A stretch of DNA of 64,000 nt from Chiloscyllium plagiosum. Lineage: Eukaryota. Made by a program: the position numbers and the translations under genes. The notes beneath the pieces were generated by a model, which worked only from the letters and a program-made list of their open reading frames with translations, did no database searches and was not told where the DNA came from. Below, one piece after another: positions 57,860-64,000 of this stretch (within the stretch, counting starts at the first letter, position 1; every line of letters begins with the position of its first letter). The stretch spans positions 9,868,862 to 9,932,861 of the forward strand of contig NC_057752.1 in assembly GCF_004010195.1 (NCBI RefSeq), read 5' to 3'.

Positions 57860-60800
57860 AATAGGAAGTTGCATTACTAGTCAGAGAGGATATTACAGCT
57901 GTGCTGAAGGAGGGCACTATTGGAGGACTCGAGCAGTGAGGTAATATGGGCAGAGCTCAGAAATAGGAAGGTTGCGGTAACAATGTTGGGGCTGTACTAC
58001 AGGCCTCCCAACAGTAAGCGTGAGATAGAGGTACAAATATGTAAACAGATTATGGAAAGATGTCGGAGCAACAGGGTGGTGGTGATAGGAGTTTTTAATT
58101 TTCCCAACATTGACTGGGATTCTCTTAGTGTTAGAAGTCTAGATGGAGCAGAATTTGTAAGGAGCATCCAGGATGGTTTTCGAGAGCAGTATGTAAATAG
58201 TCCAACTCGGGAACAGGCCATACTGGATCTGCTGTTGGGGAGTGAGCCCAGCCAGGTGGTTGAAGTTTCAGCAGGGGATTACTTTGGAAATAGTGATCAC
58301 AATTTCGTAAGTTTTAGAATACTCGTGGACAAAAGATGAGAGTGGTCCGAAAGGAAGCGTGCTAAATTGGAAAAAGGCCAACTACAGCAAAATTCAGCAG
58401 GAGCTGGGGAATGTGGATTGGGAGCAGTTGTTTGATGGTAAATCCACATTTGATATGTGGGAGGCTTCTAAAGACAGTTGATTAGAGTGCAGGACAGACA
58501 TGTCCCTGTGAAAATGAGGGACAGAAATGGCAAAATTAGGGAACCATGGATGACAGGTGAAATTGTGAGACTGGCTAAGAGCAAAAAGGAAGCACACATG
58601 AGCTCTAGGCAACTGAAAACAGACAAAGCTTTGGAAGAATATCGGGAAAGTAGTACCAATCCGAAACAAGAAATTCAGAGGGCAAAAAGGGGTCATGAAT
58701 TATCTTTAGCAAACAGGGTTAAGGAAAGTCACAAAGCCTTTTATTCGTATATAAGGAGCAAGAGGGTAATGAGAGGAAGGGTTGGCCCACTCAAGGGCAA
58801 AGGAGGAAAGTTAAGCGTGGAGTCAGAGAAAATGAGTACTTTGCATTGGTATTCACTGAGGAGAGGGACACGATGGATGTTGAGGTGAGGGATAGATGTT
58901 TGATTACTCTAGGTCAAGTCGGCATAAGGAGGGAGGAAGTGTTGGGTATTCTAAAAGGCATTAAGGTGGACAAATTCCCTAGGTCCGATGGAATCTATCC
59001 CAGGTTACTGAGGGAAGCAAAAGAGAAAATAGCTGGGGCCTTATCTTTGCAGCATCTTGAACACGAGTGAGGTCCCGGAGGACTGGTGAATTGCTAATGT
59101 TGTCCCCTTGTGTAAGAAGGGTAGCAGGGATAATCCAGGTAATTATAGACTGGTGAGCCTGACATCAGTGGTAGGGAAGCTGCTGGAGAAGATACTGAGG
59201 GATAGGATCTATTTACATTTGGAATAAAATGGGCTTATCAGTGATAAGCAACATGGTTTTGTACAGGGAAGGCCACGTCTTACCAACTTAATAGAATTCT
59301 TTGAGGACGTGACAAAGTTGATTGATGAGGGAAGGGGTGCAGATGTCATATACATGCACTTCAGTAAGGCATTTGATAAGGTTCCCCATGGTAGGCTGAT
59401 GGAGAAAGTGAAGTCACATGGGTCCAGAGTGTACTACTACATGGATAAAGAACTGGCTGGGCACCAGGAGACAGAGTAATAGTGGAAGGGAGTTTCTCAA
59501 AATGGAGAACTGTGACCAGTCATGTTCCACAGGGATCTGTGCTGGGACTATTGTTGTTTGTGATATACATAAATGATCTGGAGGAAGGGAAAGGTGGTCT
59601 GATTAACAAGTTTGCAGATGACACTAAGATTGGTGGAGTAGCAGATAGTGAAGGGGAATATATGAATGCAGAATAATATCGATAGATTGGAGAGTTGGGC
59701 AGAGAAATGGCAGATGGGAGTTCAATCTGGGCAAATGCGAGATGATACATTTTGGAAAATCCAATTCAAGAGCGAAGTAAATGGAAAAGCCCTGGGGAAA
59801 ATTGATGTCATACAGTCATAGAGATGTACAGCATGGAACAGACCCTTCCGTCCAACCTGTCCATGCCGACCAGCTATCCTAACCTAATCTAGTCCTATTT
59901 GCCAGCACTTGGCCCATGTCCCTTCAATCTGGATCAGTGGTGCTGGAAGAGCACAGCAATTCAGGCAGCATCCGAGGACAGGCAAAATCGACGTTTCGGG
60001 CAAAAGCCCTTCATCAGGAATAAAGGCAGAGAGCCTGAAGCGTGGAGAGATAAGCTAGGGGAGGGTGGGGGTGGGGAGAGAGTGGCATAGAGTACAATAG
60101 GTCAGGGGGGAAGGAGATGAAGGTGATAGGTCAGGGAGGAGAGGGGGGAGTGGATAGGTGGAAAAGGAGCTGGGCAGGTCGGACAAGTCCGGACAGGTCA
60201 GGGGACCGAGTTTCTGGAGGTTAGAAGCTAGGATGAGGTGGGGGAAGGGGAAATGAGGAAACTGTTAAAATCCACATTGATGCCCTGGGGTTGAAGTGTT
60301 CCGAGGCGGAAGATGAGGCGTTCTTCCTCCAGGCATCTGGTGGTGAGGGAGCAGCGGTGGAGGAGGCCCAGNNNNNNNNNNNNNNNNNNNNNNNNNNNNN
60401 NNNNNNNNNNNNNNNNNNNNNNNNNNNNNNNNNNNNNNNNNNNNNNNNNNNNNNNNNNNNNNNNNNNNNNNNNNNNNNNNNNNNNNNNNNNNNNNNNNNN
60501 NNNNNNNNNNNNNNNNNNNNNNNNNNNNNNNNNNNNNNNNNNNNNNNNNNNNNNNNNNNNNNNNNNNNNNNNNNNNNNNNNNNNNNNNNNNNNNNNNNNN
60601 NNNNNNNNNNNNNNNNNNNNNNNNNNNNNNNNNNNNNNNNNNNNNNNNNNNNNNNNNNNNNNNNNNNNNNNNNNNNNNNNNNNNNNNNNNNNNNNNNNNN
60701 NNNNNNNNNNNNNNNNNNNNNNNNNNNNNNNNNNNNNNNNNNNNNNNNNNNNNNNNNNNNNNNNNNNNNNNNNNNNNNNNNNNNNNNNNNNNNNNNNNNN

Positions 60801-61975
60801 NNNNNNNNNNNNNNNNNNNNNNNNNNNNNNNNNNNNNNNNNNNNNNNNNNNNNNNNNNNNNNNNNNNNNNNNNNNNNNNNNNNNNNNNNNNNNNNNNNNN
60901 NNNNNNNNNNNNNNNNNNNNNNNNNNNNNNNNNNNNNNNNNNNNNNNNNNNNNNNNNNTAACCCTCTTCGCTGTCCACTACACCTCCAATTTTAATGACA
61001 TCTGCAAACTTACTAACTATACCTCTTATGCTCACATCCAAATCATTTAAATAAATGATGAAAAGTAGAGGACCCAGCACCGATCCTTGTGGCACTCCAC
61101 TGGTCACAGGCCTCCAGTCTGAAAAGCAACCCTCCACCACCACCCTCTGTCTTCTACCATTGAGCCAGTTCTGCATCCAAATGGCTAGTTCTCCTTGCAT
61201 TCCATGAGCTCTCACCTTGCTAACCAGTCTCCCATGGGGAACCTTGTCGAACACCTTACTGAAGTCCATATAGATCACATCTACCGCTCTGCCCTAATCA
61301 ATCCTCTTTGTTACTTCTGTATGCAGAGATCTGGGTGTTCAGGTCCATTGTACTCTGAAAGTGGTCACGCAGGTTGATAGAGTGGTCAAGAAGGCATATG
61401 GCATGCTTTCCTTCATCGGACGGGGTATTGAGTGCAAGATTTGGCAGGTCATGTTACAGTTGTATAGGACTTTGGTTCGACCACCTTTGGAATACTGCAT
61501 ACAGTTCTGGTCGCCACATCACCAGAAGGATGTGGATGCTTTGGAGATGGTGCAAAGGAGGTTCACCGGGATATTGCCTGGTATGGAGGGCGCTAGCGAT
61601 GAAGAGAGGTTGAGTAAATTAGGATTATTTTCATTAGAAAGACAGAGGTTAGGGGAGACCTGATTGAGATCTACAAAGTCATGAGAGGTATAGACAGGGT
61701 GGACAGCAAGAATCTTTTTCCCAGAATGGGGTTTAAGGGAGATATGCTGGAAAGTTCTTTACTCAGAGGGTGGTGGGTGCCTGGAATGCATTGCCAGTAG
61801 AGGTGGTAGAGGTGAGCACAATAGCGTCATTTAAGATGTATCTGGGTAGACAGATGAATGGGCAGTGAGCAAAGGGATACAGATCCTTAGAAAATAGGTG
61901 ACAGGTTTAGATAGAGGATCTGGATCAGTGCAGGGCCTGTTCCTGTGCTGTAATTTCCTTTGCTCTTTGTTCTAA
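57860..61975 (+). mobile_element. CR1/HER1-like ORF2 (57860-59808, resuming at about 61320-61975), interrupted by an inverse CR1 piece, a Penelope-like end (59928-60371, hammerhead-like core 59990-60017 on -) and an N gap (60372-60958)
   Basis: [32 protein letters not shown] and FADDTK motifs; the CR1 sequence resumes at gatctgggtgttcaggtccat. Confidence 0.88.
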
Positions 61976-62414
61976 AACAAAAACTTTTCACTGTATCTAT
62001 TTTGTCATAATTTTAATAAACTATTTTCTTATTTAATTCAGGTTGTATACCATGTGAGTATTTTTCACTTAACCAAAGAGTTTGCATAGACTTTATACAT
62101 GGCTCCACAAATCTTACTTTTGCAACTCAGCACTTTATGTTTGAAACAAATCTGAAAGTCTATCATTTTTTAACAACCACTGTTCATGATTGGCACCACT
62201 TATGCCCATTGGAGAAATAGAAATAAATAGTTACTGGGAAAGAGCTTATAGGATATGTCAGTTTATAATTATCATCTGTTATTCAATCTGGTACACTATG
62301 CTGGTTGAATTAACATGACATTCAACTGGTTCCAGGTATACTTTTGCTGTGTAATACAGAACGTATTATAGTAGGAATTTATTAATAAACAGATGAAATT
62401 GATGTAGGATAACA

Positions 62415-63770
62415 ACTTCTGTAGTGGGGAAAATGCTTGAGTCTATTATCAGGAAAGAAATAGCAAGGCATCTAGTTAGAAATTGTCCTGCTGGACAGAT
62501 GCAGCATGGGTTCATTAAGGACAGATCATGCTTAACTAATCTACTGGAATTATATGAAGACGTTACGAGCACGGTGGACAATAGATACACAGTAGATGTG
62601 GTGTATCTAGATTTCCAAAAGGCATCCAGATGCCACACAAAAGGCTGTTGCGTATGATAAAGAGGCATGGCATTATGGGCAATGTATTAGCACAGACAGA
62701 GGATTGGTTAACTAGCAGGAAGCAAAGAGTGGGGATAAATGAGTGTTTTTTTCTGATTGGCAATCAGTGAATAGTGGTGTGCCTCAGGGATCAGTATTGG
62801 GACTGCAATTATTCATTATTTATATAAATGATTTGGAGTTGGGGACCATATGCAGTGTGTCAAAGTTTGCAGATGCAAAACGTGCAGAGGATTGTGAAAG
62901 TTTGCAAAGGGACATAGTTTAAGTGAGTGGACAAAGGTCTGGCAGATGGAGTATAATGTTAATAAATGTGAAGTCATGCATTTTGGTAGGAGTAACAGTA
63001 AAAAGGACTACTCCTTGAATGGTAAAAAAAAATGCCAGCATGCTGCTGTGCAGAGGGACCTGGGTGTCCTTGTGCATGAATTACAGAAGGTTGGTCTGCA
63101 GGTGCAACAAGTAATTAAGAAGGCACATGGAATTTTGTACTTCGTTGCTGAAGGGATTGAGTTTAAAAGCAGGGAGGTTATGTTGCAACTGTACAGGGTG
63201 CTGGTGAGGCCACACCTGGAGTACTGTGTGCAGGTTTGGTCTCCTTACTTGAGAAAGGATGTACTGGCACTGGAGGGGGTGTAGAGGAGGTTCACTAGGT
63301 TGATTTTGGAGTTGCAGGGGTTAGTTTATGAGGAGAGACTGAGTAGACTGGGATTATATTAATTGGAATTTAGAAGAATGAGGGGGGATCTTACAGAAAT
63401 ACATAAAATTATGAAGGGAATAGGTAGGATTGAAATAGATATTTCCACTGGTGGGTGAAACTAAGACAAGAGGGCAAAGCCTCAAAATTAGGGGGAGCAG
63501 ATTTAGGACTAAATCGAGAAGGAATTTCTTCACCCAGAGGTTTGCGAATCTTTGGGATTCCCTGCCCAGTGAAGTGGTTGAGGCTTCCTCAGTAAATGTT
63601 TTTAAAGTTAAGATAGATAATTATTTGAACAGTAAAGGAATTAAGGGTTATGATGAGAGGGTGGGTAAGTGGAGCTGAGGCCATGAAAGGATCAGCCATG
63701 ATCTTATTGAATGGTGGAGCAGGCTCGAAGGGCCAGATGGCCTACTCCTGCTCCTAGTTCTTGTGTTTTT
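62415..63770 (+). mobile_element. CR1 ORF2 3' half
   Basis: [52 protein letters not shown]1 tail. Confidence 0.9.
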
Positions 63771-63834
63771 ATAAAATGGATCATAGTGAGTCAGAAGCCT
63801 GTTTTATGCACTGCCTGGGTTTCTTTTCCACCAA

Positions 63835-64000
63835 TCTCAATTCCAGCCTTGGATGACTGTCTGTGTGGAGTTTCTTCCGGGTGCTCCGGTTTCCTCCCAC
63901 ATTCCAAAGATGTGCAGGTTAGGTGAATTGGCCATGCTAAATTGCCCGTAGTGTTAGGTGCTTTGGTCAGAGGGAAATGGGTCTGGGTGGGTTACTCTTT
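63835..64000 (+). mobile_element. Partial HE1/V-SINE-like SINE running off the window end
   Basis: ccgggtgctccggtttcctcccac..gattggccatgctaaattgccc-type core. Confidence 0.8.

Noticed and set aside
60265..61278. Long ORFs (337, 245 and 234 aa) that seem to fuse CR1 RT with a Penelope segment
   Set aside because: Artefacts of translating across the N gap 60372-60958

Overview
Repeat-rich vertebrate genomic DNA, very probably from a cartilaginous fish, judged by HE1/V-SINE-like SINEs, CR1/HER1-like LINEs and Penelope-like elements. There is one complete host gene: PRIM1 (DNA primase small subunit), minus strand, 13 coding exons from 40959 to 14138, 1257 nt / 418 aa, catalytic motifs intact. 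Its intron 7 is a minor-spliceosome (U12) AT-AC intron. About 410 bp upstream of the PRIM1 ATG, in divergent orientation, lies a two-LTR class I endogenous retrovirus (41371-48233) with a tRNA-Pro-like PBS, gag, an internally deleted pol and a disrupted env; it resembles HERV-I/HERVIP10. The rest is nested transposable elements. These include many short, often palindromic, TSD-flanked Penelope-derived units carrying minimal hammerhead-ribozyme motifs of at least three sequence families, a TA-flanked DNA transposon containing a Harbinger-type Myb/SANT relic, and a local inversion bounded by two inverted LTR-like repeats. There are three N gaps. Everything was read by eye: exon, LTR and TSD coordinates are base-checked, old repeat boundaries are approximate, and family names come from recall, not database searches.
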